Positions 23,901 through 37,279 of a stretch of DNA of 64,000 nucleotides are shown piece after piece (position 1 is the first letter of the stretch; the number at the start of each line of letters is the position of its first letter). The DNA lies in NCBI GenBank assembly GCA_000934665.2, contig KZ538010.1, positions 1 through 64,000 on the forward strand, given 5' to 3'. Both the position numbers and the translations under genes were made by a program. Source of the DNA: Catajapyx aquilonaris (Eukaryota). The notes under the pieces were generated by a model. That model had not been told where the DNA came from. It was given only the letters and a program-made list of their open reading frames with translations, and did not search any database.

Positions 23901-26900
23901 TGTATGGAGTATGGGAATCGCCTTGTTTGGGCTGGACTGAGGGTGGGCCAGTCACGAAGTGTACCACATTTGTTACACAGGATGGAATGTAGCACATTTG
24001 GTTCACCCTGTGGTGCCCGAGTCTAGACTGGCTGCTTCCTCATTCGCCACAGAATTGCTATGGTGGAAGAATAAGAAAGTTGGCTGTCAGCATCTGCCAT
24101 GTGACAAATAACAGGCGGAAGTGTTGTATGCATATCAGCTGAAACTGCACCTCTGCTGATGTGAGAGAGTGACCTGGATTTTGACCCTCTCTTAAATATT
24201 CACATCCACCCCCACCTCCCAAGCACATCCACTATCAACGTCTCTGGGAACAAATTCCAGGCAGGCTGCCAACCTTTCCAATACTTTGCCAATGGTATTA
24301 ATAGGTCCTCTGCCTCTTAGCAGCGTAGGTGCCAAATCAGCTGCATTTGGGAAGAAATTTGGGGCCCGTCTCAGCTCTCAGGGGCATCTGAATTTATGAA
24401 TGGAGATGGAGGGGGACCATTTGGGTGGGTGTAAAAATGGAGGATTGTTCCACTTGCTGCCTAGGTGAAGTGCATGGCTTATCATGAAGTTGTGGAGATG
24501 GAACGAATAAAAGAGTAGGTTGGATGGGTGAGTGGGGTTTAGGGAGGACTCTGACCTCCCATTGCATACAATGTGTTGAACTAACTAAGTTCAATCTACA
24601 CTGAATAAATACTATACATATTTTCAGATTTTTCACATCCAGTGCAAACAGGGTTGCACAATCGTATGAAATATTTCTTTTAATGGACAAGATATTAACA
24701 AGTTAAAAATTGAGCATTTCATAGCATTGCTGGGACAAGTTGAATAAAAATTATCACAGGACCGTAATGTCTACTGTGGCCATTTGAAGTTTGAGAAATT
24801 GCAAGTTTGCCATTTTCAGCTACAGATTTCTCACGCCTATTTGTGATGTGACTGTCGGCAAAATCTTCGTTGAACTTCTCACCTAGTATTATTTGGAACA
24901 ATACAAAACATTCTGAACAAACATTCCTACCCACCTGTTGGATGGTAATCTGATCGTAATTCAAGTATGTCGGCTGGTACAGTACATGGCTACACCTGGA
25001 GTAAAGTAACTAACAAATAGCGATGGTGCTCAGAAAACGGCATGGAGACGTGACTTCCTCAGGAAAATGCTTGTACGTTGAACCAAGAACAATGGCTTAC
25101 ATTCCATGATCATTTCCCTTTTTGGAATTAGCAGGAAGTGGTATGGGAAGGAACTTCTCTTGTGCTTCATTGACATTTCTAACTGCCGGTATCCTAATGA
25201 CTCTGTCTTTTATGCCTTTCAGAAATTGTCCGTCCACACTTATCACACACCTCACCCGAAAGGTACTGGAAGAGTTCAAATCGTCCCCCATTGACTCATC
25301 ATGTTTGAAGAAGAAAGGTGGCGACACTGTCGACCATGCTCAGGGCATTGGTGAGTATTTTTAGTACAAAATTAGTTAGAGCCACTTGGCGTTTGAATTG
25401 TCTAATTTAGGATGTAATGCCAAGGTCTGACTTATGCAGATTCAAACAGGAAAGCTCTTATCTGATATTAATGGCAGGAAAGTACCACCAGAAGAAATAA
25501 TGGTCTTGTGCAATGATTGTTTCATTTCAGCCGAATACAAGCCTATTGCCTTGATGCAGAAGGTTGTAGCCAAAGTCAACGAAGTTTGCCTCCGTTACCA
25601 AGATGATGAACTGCTGGCATCCGTTCCTCCCACACCTCAAGTGCCGCCGGTATCTGTCTTTGCCGTCAAAAACTCAAGACGGAAGATGGAAGACCGGCAC
25701 ACAGTCATTAATGACCTCAACTCAGTGTTTGGGATTGAGGTTTGTTATTCAATGTGGATTTTCCATCTCAGATTGGACTAATTTGTTCTATTTTACTTTC
25801 AGGATGGTGTTCCTATCAGCAGTTACTATGCAGTGTTTGATGGGCATGCAGGTCAGGAGGCTGCTGTGTACAGTTCTGCTCATCTTCACCAACACTTGGT
25901 GGAAAGTCCGCATTTTGTGACTGACCCCAAGCAGGCTCTCAGGGATGCCTTTGCCAAGACTGATGAACTTTTTGTTGCAAAGTGTAAAAACCAGGTGTGT
26001 GTGACTTCATAATAATTGAAATTATCATTAGTGTCAGTTAAGGGGATTCCATAATGGATAAATTTGTCCTTGAATAGTCCAGATTTGCATGTCCTATTTT
26101 GGTGGGGAAACTGCACTTTAGCAAGATATCTCATAAGGTGTATCTCATCTTTTTTTTCTCTGCTGCTTTCATGTCAATGAACAAGTTGTTACTAATGTCA
26201 TTGGTATTTGCCACCAGAAACTATGCATGAAAGCAAGAAATCTCAATTAAAAATATTGCAGCAGTAGTTATTTAATGAAGTGCAACTTGGTGATGTTGTG
26301 CACTGATAGTGTGTGAAGCAACTCAAATGTTAATGGAATCATAATGACCCCTTGTGCATTTTGTGACAAGTCAGGTTTGCTGATTTGAATGACTGACTCC
26401 CTGGTAATTTTTTATATAAATGATTTCTTTCCTGAGAATAGTAACACTTGGCATAATTTCCATTTTGTAAATGAGGTCTTGCAGAATTTCAAATCATGAG
26501 AGTGGCATCGTCCCAAAATGGCTAGTCATAAAGTTTCACTGCAAGCAGTGTTAATTTTTTGTAAACATAGTGACATGGCAAAAAAAATTTACCATGTCAC
26601 TATTGACTAATGCATTTAGGATGAGAGCTTTCTGCCTGCTCTCATGGAAATGAGGCCTGGTATATCAATTAGCAGGCATGAATAATTTTTGAAAAAACTA
26701 CAGGGAATGAAACATTCACCGGAGTGTAATGTGGGGAGCAGTAACTCATTAATACGCCTCCTGCATAATACCGAGTGGACAGAAATCAAGCTTAGATACT
26801 CACTTCCACAAGCCAGATACTCACTTCTACCCACTTTGGCTTTTAACTTTCATGTGTTGCAGAGAGTTGCACAGAGTGGGATGCTGCCTTAAGGTCTATT

Positions 26901-28539
26901 CTCATATCTGCGAGTAGTCGAAATATCGTTGCGATTTTGGCTTTTCACGCATGTGCGAGTAGAGTAGTGTGCGAAAATTTGATATTTTCGTGCGTGAAAT
27001 TGTGATGCAACCTTGTCTACCCAGGGTTGAAAAAACACGCAGGTGCGAACTCGTCTGCACGATTTCGTACTGCGAGTGACCAATCGGGACGCATAGCTGA
27101 GTCACGTGGGACGTCCCTCCACTTTGTCCTGTGCGTTCAATTATTGCATGACCTGCATCATGTAAGAATGAAAGGGCAGGTCATCATGGATGCTGCAGCA
27201 CAGGGAGCGAGCCGACATTCCTAGTGCCAAGGATTGCCTAATGGACAATCGTCGTGGACTTCTGAGTAGCACATTGTGTACCCCATGAGGGGTCTGCTGT
27301 GTCCTTAGATGACCAGCGATTTTCTGGTCCAGACACGATGCTGTGTACAAGTGTCCCAGAACTGCTTCACCCACCTTATGATTGTCCAGGAACCTTGTCC
27401 TGACATCCTAGCCCGAAATAGCGACGAAAAATCCTTTGTAAAGCACCAAGAGCACTATAGCTGTGGGGGACTCATTATTTTCCGCTAGTCCATGTTCGAA
27501 TTCGAATCTCCCTCCCGCTCACTACTCGCACAGGCCATGACTCGCACGTGCGTGAAAAGCCAAATTCGCAACGATATTTCGACTACTCGCGGATATGAGA
27601 ATGGACCTTTAGTTAATGTCTGCAAAAATGGGACAGCTAGCAACATGATAGGTTCTGTACTATGCGTCTATTGGGATTCACCAATGTCATTATATCCTCC
27701 TGAGACCTGATGTCGTCAAATGTCAACATCAGCAAAAAAAAATTTTGGCACCAACTAGTGATGCCAACAGAACTGTAATCTGTTGGTATCCCATGATTGC
27801 AATCTGGCCTCAATAGGTGTAGCCACTTGAGTGTTGAATATCTGACTTTGGCCGCGAAAATTAAATCACTTGTAAAGATGACGGATGAGTCTACTGAAGC
27901 TAGGCGCTCATCTGATAAGTTTAATTTTTTTACTCGTTTATAGTGCGATTTTCGTCAATGCAGGGAATGTCCTGGGATTCGCAAGGAATGTGTATTAGGA
28001 AATGAAAAGAGAAGTGTGTGACAATCTTTGTTGCTGTAGAAGTGTAGGGAACTGGTAATTTTCTTGTCCTGTTGAGACAAAATGTCCATTTAAATGGGCA
28101 TCCGGGGAAAAAAATATTCTCGGGGTTCTCCCGTTTTCTCCTGCAATCAAAATCTATCACAGTGCTGGCAAGGATTAAAGACGGTTATTCAAAAGATGAT
28201 CCCCTAAGAGGCCCAAGAAGGCCTATCACGGGGTATCCCTTATTATTATTATTATTATTCATACCCCGTTATCAGCCTATCTGCTCTTTAGGGGGGAAGT
28301 TTTGTTTTGTCTGGAACTCTTTGCTATCATTCTACTGCGCTTTTTGGGATAGGATAGGGACGGAAGGAAGCGGCTGTGGCCTATTAATTACGGAAACAAC
28401 TCCGGAATTTTCCTGGTAGGACCGTGGGAAACCACAGAAAACCACAGAAAACCACTGTCAGAGTTGCCGGCCCCGGGATTTGATCCCAGGACTCCCGATT
28501 AGCAGTCGGACACCATATCCCCTACTCCAAACTGCTTCG

Positions 28540-28613
<74 letters not shown>

Positions 28614-31600
28614 ATTTTGTAGCAGCAATTGGATCCTAATGTTCTCATTGCTTGTTTGTAATTATTTTTGTCAATATTTTAGAACTATAATTTTTTCTCC
28701 TTATTGGGAAAATGTTCAGAAAATGAAATAGGAACTGACATTGTGTTACTCAATTATTCTCAGGTCTCAGGAGGATATGCACGCATGTTTGGGATGAGTA
28801 ATGCATCATGTTTTCTCCCACTGAAATCATGGAGGTATAAACTGTTGTAGTGCTCAGTCCTGTGTGTGGGGTTTCCAATGGTACATGTATCAGTTGGAAC
28901 AAAACCCATCTAATGTACACTACATGGTGGCAGTTTTTCTGATCCTTGCCCTTATTTCCTTACCTTCAAGAATAGCAGAGAGTTGTTTATTATTGGAAAA
29001 CTCTTGGGGCAACCCATTTAATTCATGATTGTGCTGTATAATTGCGAAGGATAATAGCTAGAAGATTGTGAAAGTAGGAGTCTGAAATTTTCACTGCTAC
29101 TTTTACTTTTTCTTGAAATTTAAACAAAAAATCAATGACTGTTCAATGTGCTTGCAGTGTAGTGGGGGACATTACAATAGACAACCTTATCAATGTCAGA
29201 AAATGTGGGAGAGGTGTAGATGGCCGAGATGGTAGCATCTCGGCTTGCTGAGTGAAAGGCCACAGATTCGATACCCGCCTGGGGAGTTTCCTTTCACCTG
29301 CGTCAGGAGGGTCTCTGACCTGCACCTTGGAAGTGTCTGGCAACCTAACTTCCTGGAGAACAGCACATGATCCTTTACAGACCTTGCACTTGCACCCTAT
29401 GTTCCCTCCTCAAAAATCCCTATCCTTACCCATGTCCCTGTCTCCTTGCACTGGTGAGCGAATAAAAAAATTGTACAGAGTTACTAGAAAACAGATGGTG
29501 GTGTGCCATCCCCCTAATCACAGGGTAAAAAAAAATCAGAAAATGTTCATTTTCATAAATTGCAACTAAAAAAATTGAACTTCATATCCCATTGCTAGAA
29601 AACTAGAAGTATTTTTTTGCAGTTTAAAATAATTTGAGATTTGTAATACTATGATCCCTGCATCTTACAAATTAGTTGCTTGTAATTCTTATGCAGTATG
29701 GTACCGTACTAGCTTTGACTTCGTCATTCACTCGCTTATGCACCTTTCCACCAACAATGGCATGTCGATTCTCCTGTAAAGAAATGTTTCTGAAACGTTT
29801 TGATTGTAGCCTCCCTCTTTGAGGAGAGCGAAAAAAGCAACTGTCCACTTTGATTGCTTACCCTAAGCACATTGTCCTACACTAGAAACTTGACTCAGAG
29901 TTTTGATAAGTTTGTGGTCAATGTGGAGGGCCCTTGCTGTCCACTAGTGGGCTGCAGACTGCACTTTGAGAATAAATTCTCTAAAGGAACCCTTTACAAA
30001 AATTAAATGTAATTCTTGTATGCTTCACTTACATGAGCTCAAGCTGCAGGGAAATCTCTGAACCATACACTGACATACAGTATGCTGCCCATGAATTTAT
30101 AACAGGACCGGTACCTTAAGGAGCACCATGCCAGTGATGTTTTCTAAGAATTACATGGCAAACACTTTCCATGTTGTTATCGCAGCACTGGCATGCAACG
30201 GTAGCTGCACATTTCCCATCAAAGATGATCAGTTTAGTTTTTAGATTTCACTTGGAGCTGTTGCAGAGCTTCAGCTGCCATGGAAACTTTATCTTTACTT
30301 CTTCCATTATTACCTGCTGTGATATTTTGGTAGTGGTTCGAGTGTCCGTGGCTTTTGGTCTCTCATTCAGTTACTAGCAAGTGTGTAAAATGTGTGGTGT
30401 GTTGTATTATAAAACATAAATACAATCAGTCCTCGACTGACAAAGTGGATTGTTCTGCAACTGCATAGTGATGGCCAGTTTAGCGTATTGGTCAGAGTAA
30501 TACATGAATCCCCTCAGAATTTCTTTCTGCATAAATTTTCTAAAATGTTGATGTAATAGCAGAGGATTTGCTAGTTCACATTCCATCAAATTCATTTAAA
30601 TCTGTCAGCATGTGCGCATATATTTAACCCTGTAATGCCCACTGGGTCATATTTGGCACACACCTTAGTGCAATTTTTGCAATTTTTGCAATTTTTATAT
30701 TTCCTGTAAGTGCCAAATTGCTCTAAATGGTGTGCCAGATATGACCCAAGGGGCATTACAAATATACTGCCTAAAAGACAGTAATGGCCACCCCTACAAA
30801 TGATAATGGCCAGGTGCCAAGATAGTGATGGTCATAGCAGCAAAACAATAGGATATCTACAGTAGGAACCTAAGGACAGTAGGGACCATTGGTATTAGGA
30901 CCGTAGGCGTAACTGACCTGAGATAATTTCACACAAAAGCATGCAGGTTGTAGAAACTGGCCGTCACTGTATGGTTTATCCTACATGAGAGCAGGTCTGT
31001 TTGTGAGGTGCCATTTATACTGCTCTACTTGCAATGACCGCAGTGGACTGATTTTCGACCTAGTTCAAGCCAAGGGTTCCAGGTGTCACAACATGGTCAC
31101 TTTTTCATGGTATGGCATTTACACTGCTTGTTTATTAAAGAACCGAGACGCAGTGGGCCACCACTGTACGGTTTACCCTATATAAGTTGAAATTTACCTA
31201 ACTGGGAATGTGATTTTCATTATATTGCGTAGTATAAAGTAAGTTCATGTTGGCGGAAAATTGTCTCATCGCCCAGCCGAAGAGTCAAGAGTATAGGCCA
31301 CAAGTACAGAAAGGCTCAATTTCCTGATCTCCGTCTACCAGATGTACCAAAAGAAGTGTTTGACTCGATTGTGACAATATTATTGAATCCTTGAATCTAA
31401 GAGTAGGCAAATGTCCATCAGGGAGTCTTTTTTCACAACAAAACCACGTGAAACATTGTAAGTGTGATAGTGACAGTTATTTTTAAGTTTTGAACACCTT
31501 TCGTCGCTGGATATAAAGGTAGGCTTCCTGATAGAGTCAAGTGCTTTAAAAAATCCAAACTTCTCTAACTCAAAGTTTTTTTCCGGTCCCATGGAGATTT

Positions 31601-32043
31601 GACTTATAGAAGTTTTACTGTACGTACAGGCCACCACGACAGATCGATCCAAGTCGCCCAAAGCCGTCGTCTTTGCTTTGGCACAATCCCCTAGCACAAA
31701 CTGGCATCACTTTTTCTTAGCAGTTATGTATCTAGAGGTATATATAGCAGAGACCGAAGCAGTGGTAGCGGAGGGGATTTGGTATCCGACTGCTAATCGG
31801 GAGGTCCTGGGTTCGAATCCTGGTGGCCGCCGACTCTGACCGTGGTTTTCTGGGGTTTTCCACGGTCTCACCAGGAAAATTCCGGGGTTGTGTCCGTAAT
31901 TATAGGCCACAGCCGCTTCCTTCCGTCCCTATCCCGTCCCCATATAAGAGAAGTAAAAACGAAAGTAAGAGTTCCTGATTTAAAAAAATATGGTGGTATC
32001 CCACCCCCCTAAGAGAGCCCATGGCTCTAGCACGGGGTACAAA

Positions 32044-32101
<58 letters not shown>

Positions 32102-35100
32102 GCAGAAATCTTTGTTTGGAGCACCCTCTATATAATCTAGTGTTTGTGGCAAATACTTTGACTTAGGCCGCATTTACATGCGAGCAATTTGCTCAGGGAT
32201 GAGCATCGCTCGAAACCAATTGTTTGCAAAAGTAACAATCGATTTTCGCCCCTAAATAATTGGTAATCGCTCACATGTGAACATGGCCTTATCCTGTGTT
32301 TGTTTCTCTTCCTTACAGAAAATTAGGAGTGGTACAACTGTAGTGTGTAGCCTTCTTCGTGGAAACAAGCTTTACTTGGCTTGGTTGGGTGACTCCCAAG
32401 CCATCCTCGTTCGTGACGGAAAAGTTATGTATGCATACGACATGCACCCTCACACTCCCAGCCGAGGGGTAAGAACCGCTTTATTGAACTACTGTACATG
32501 TAAACACATCCTGCACAATCAAAAGCATTTATTCACGAGGAACACATTTTCATTGCAGGACGAAAGACGTCGAATTGAAAACTTGGGTGGAAGTGTGATC
32601 TTCTGGGGTACGTGGCGTGTCAATGGACAACTAGCAGTGTCCAGGGCCATCGGTAAGTTCTGAATGTTGATAAAATGGAAGTTTCATGGAATGGAGCTAT
32701 GCATGGCCGCCCGTAGGCACTTGAGATTGGTTGAATGGAAAACAACCATTTGAAGATGACTTCATTCGGCTCAAGCATCACCACAAGCGAGGTCTAACCC
32801 AGCCAGCCAATGCACACAACGAATATTAAATCAGTCGCTCATGCGTTGCGCTTAAGGTAGTCAACCCAAGCTTGACATTGCGGTGACCTTATTGAATCTC
32901 CCACATTCCATTCTACCCATAGGAATATCTGTAATCAAATTGAACCCCCTGCATCAGTCAGTTGTAACCATGGCGGTTAGAGAGCGCTGGGATCCTCCTG
33001 TCCCCAAAAGAGTCTGTGTCATGCAGCCTTTCCCACCCGTCGGAGGGGGGTAGTAGTCAAAGGGGCGCAGTCTGCCAGAGGGAACTCCAAGTGGCGGTTG
33101 TTTTGTTCCATCTGTCTCTCGTTGGTGTCGCGTCCCGGGTGTCACACATCCTATATCAAAAAACATCATTGGAGTTGGTGGAGCGTGGACTGGTAAGGCG
33201 CCGTAGCGACCCGCCACCCCACCCTCTGACCACCTTTTTTTATGTACTTATTATTGTGTTTTTTTTTTATATCAGAGGGCTTTGTTCGAGTGATCCTTGG
33301 TCCGCCCTGCTCAAAACACTACCTCCATTATGAGACGGAGGGGAAACCACAAGATCATTCGAGTGGAATTTCGGGGTAATCAAGGACGAGGATGACTCAA
33401 GAAAAGCCAGGGGTTTTTAAAAAAATATTAAATTGTGAAAGTTGTTAATTATATTTTATCCTGGTTTTTGGGGCAGGTTCAGGAGCTGGTACTGTTATCA
33501 TTATAGTAATTATTGATGCGGTACAGGCAATTGCGCGGTTACGCTCGAAATTATTGTTATTGGGCGTACCGGTATTATAATCTTTTAGCATGACTTGGTA
33601 CATGACGTAGACGCTCCACCCAGAGGATGTGGGGAATGGTCCGCGGGCATTGGTCGAATTTTATTACTGCATTGCAAGCATGTTTTTTTTTTTGTAGCCA
33701 TGATGTATGTTCTCATTAGTCGGCACATACTTGAGACACATCCTAGTATATGTTTTTGCAGGGGCGAACTGAAATATTTCAGAGGCCTGGAGCGTAAACA
33801 TTGCCATATTGTGTACAGGATGAGTCAGTGTGGCTCTCCGAATTGGAATTACGTACACTGCCCATTTAAATGTATACATACGAATAAAACGTGGCAGCTG
33901 AGTGTCATAGGCGATTATTTACAAACAATAGGATCTGGTCACCAGGGCCAAATAAGGCAGGAGATTGGGAGGATCCAACCTTGGCGGAACTCTCATTTTG
34001 TATGTAAACGCAGGTCGTGGAAGTGATCTTCCAGGCTGGTTGTTGGCATTGTCTGCGAATCTATTTCAACAAGAAGGAACGCCAACGTCAGCTGCTAAAT
34101 CCGGGAGATATGGCTGATGAAAATGTGCGGGGAACTAGCGATGTCTGCTAAAACACTCGAGCTCCTGCATAATTATATGGAGATCAGCATACAGAGTGGG
34201 CCGATAGTTTTTATGAGTGGGAATATTCAGGATTTGGAAACTGTTGAGCGGTTACATGGCCCAGCTTCGTAGACGTATGAGTCAATATGAGTCATCCATT
34301 CATAATCATGCATGAAGCAGGTGCAGCAACTTTTGCTAAGCCCACAAAGCCTTCCGGCAATTTTAATTCCTAATTTGCGTATTGATCGCATATGAAAGCA
34401 GCTGAAATGAGGTGATAATCACATCAAAGGAGCCATTTGTGGCCTCGCGAATTCGCAATAATTATTAGACATAGTTATTTAAATAATATTTTTCTCAGAC
34501 GTGACAGTGAACCTTAGTATAAAGCGTAGTCTCATTATTTGGCAAGGTATATTGACTCTATGCCCACATACTGTGCATGTAGCTTCAGGAACCTGTATGC
34601 ATCGCGTCGAGTTCAAATTTGCGAAACCCTGCACCGTGATGCGAGAACTTCCCTTATCAGCGCGACACTGGCATTTTCCGGCTTGTCTTAATCACACTCT
34701 TCGCATTCCAAATATTTACACCATGTCTGCTCGAATCCGTTTTAAAATAATTTTTTTTAACTACAGAGAGGCTTCGGTTCTGGATTGAAATCGCGTTGTC
34801 TTTTGATCGAGCTGTCTTTTCGTGTAACCTACTAAGGCACACAGAACGTGTGACATGCGAAACCGTCGCATGTGAAGGCTAGATAAGGCTAGTCTCGGAT
34901 TTCTCTTGTTTTTGTCTGAGTCTGAGTCTGGGAAGTATTCATCAGCTGCTTGGGTTTGAAACCCGTCCCAGATGACCGTTAAATTTTTAGCTATACTGTA
35001 TTTAGGCACTATGCATATTATTTCAGCCAAACTCATATCATCGTTAGGTTCATTGCACTCTGCGTTTGATTTCCTCCTGGGACATTTTCGACAACAATGG

Positions 35101-37204
35101 TGCTGCCTTATCAAGCCTCGATCGATTTCATTCCTATATGACACTGTTAGTGTTATACCTGCAGGGGAAATGAGATGCTAAGGAGGAAATTGTGTTGTAG
35201 CCGAACATGGTCCATTTGAATTGTTGCGCTGAGCTGGGCTGCCGACGGTGACAATGACCAGGGAAATGTGACACCTGCCAGCTAGGGGCCCCGACTTGGA
35301 AAGTTTAGAGGCCAAATCGTTTAAGCCAGAACACATTCCAACAAAGCCTCAAGGCTTTATACTCCAGCAGCCCACCCTTGGATCATAATTGCGGGGGTTG
35401 GCTTGTTAGCATAATGCGGAGGCTGTTTGCTTCTGCACCACCCTGTACATACAGGCTTGAATTGCTTAGCTGCACAGGAGAGAGAGAAGAAGAAGAAAAA
35501 AAAAGAAGTTTGGGGTGAATATCCACCTCTTGTTGCTTTTGGTGAATGGGTAGTTGGGGGACGTTTGGCGAGTGTGACGAACGGCCTGGATTGTTGCAAG
35601 TTCGTCGGCGCGTGAAGGGCGGTAGGGGTTGGAAAGTTAGTTCTTGGATTTTTTTTTTGGGGGGGGGGCATCGCCCCGTTGGTATAAGTTTGGGGGGGGT
35701 GAGAGGAACACAAAATTCTCCCGGCCTTGGTGTCACGGGGGCGGAAATGCACCGGGAATATGCCCCATTGTTGGCAGGAGGGTCTTATGTAGCTCAAGGA
35801 TTCTTCTCATAGTTATGCGTGAAGCTATTAATCAGGTGAACCCCCCTGCAGAGCGGTTTTTTTGATGATTTTTTTTTTCCTGTCTTGAAGGTGACTCAGT
35901 GTACAAGCCTTGCGTGTGTGCTGAGCCAGACGTGCTGGAAGTGGACTTGGACGGATCAGAAGATTTCCTGATTTTGGCTTGCGACGGGCTTTGGGATACG
36001 GTTGACTACGAGACTGCCAACTACTTGGTGTATAAGCAGCTCAAGGAAGAACCAGGTAAGACACCGTTACATCAGATTACTCATGGGTCATTTCATCGTA
36101 TGGTACAGAGTGAGTAATCCCATATGGCCCGCAAATTTTTTTTGATGGAGGTTGTTGGGGGGGGGGGGGGGGTTGAAGANGGGGGGGGGGTTGAAGATCC
36201 CATTTGGGTCCCCATCTCATCTGGCTGGAACAGGGGAAAGAAAAGCCACGCCCGCCCCCTTTATTGCTGAGGGATTGGGCTTTTCCAATAACTTTGGCCA
36301 CCCACACCCACCAGCCTCCCTCCTACTCCAAGACATTGCTATTGATTCTTCAGGGGAATTGGGAGCCTGGGGTCTTGGACCAGAGGACGACGACTCCCTC
36401 GGTAGTCATGATCGTTTCCCATCCTGAACCCCCCCATCCTCAATGTTGCCAGGTAATGAGCAAATCCGGTAGATTTAAACGAAATTGGTTTTTGTCAAAA
36501 GTAACATGGTTATTATCACGATATTGTTATGCTCGTGTGATTTTATGTTGGTGTGACGTATTTAAAAAGCGCGTGTCAGCAAGCGTTGTAATCGGTTCTA
36601 TATTCAACCATGAATAGAGTGGCCCCCTCACGGTTTCCCGTGACCAATTTTGAAAGAGCGCACGTCAAAATTCCAGTGACGTCATGTACCTTCTGTCACT
36701 TCCCTATTTGAAACGGAGTCGAATTTTTAGAGCCATTGGGAAATTTTTGCTTCAAACAACCTTTCCTGGCCTGGGGTTTTTGGCAAGTGCTCCCGTTTGC
36801 TTGAAAGATGATGTTAGAGAGGGATGGCCCAAGGAAATCACCGTTATTTGGAAGCGGTATAGAGACAATAAAAATCCTGGAGTGAGAAGCAGGATGACGC
36901 GCTTCACTGATCCGGCGCCCCGGCATTGTCAATGAAGGATGTCGTTAGGCTTCTTTATAGCTGTTTCCCGACCTTCCTCTCTCCTCCTATCGGTCAGGGA
37001 GATTGGCGGAGGATTCGTGAGACGAAGCTCTGAGAGAATCTTCGCCACAGCAATTGAATAGTTCTGGGAAAAGAGCGCTGGCCACGGATGGAAACGATCC
37101 GTGGAGGCACACCTCAGCACGTTTGAGAGGTCTATATCCCAGAATCCTTTGAGGGGTTCTTTATGCCATTATGGGGTGTCAGATCTGACCTCATGTTATC
37201 AGCT

Positions 37205-37279
<75 letters not shown>

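Noticed and set aside
28480..28731. Poly-Ile ORF (and similar ORFs at 37203-37848)
   Set aside because: Translation of (TTA)/(TAA) microsatellites.
31560..31622. pogo/Tigger-like terminal sequence (TACAGTAAAACTTCTATAAGTC on minus strand)
   Set aside because: No convincing partner TIR; boundaries undefined.
36684..36935. ORF faintly like an RTE LINE C-terminus
   Set aside because: Only scattered residues match; no RT motifs or tail.
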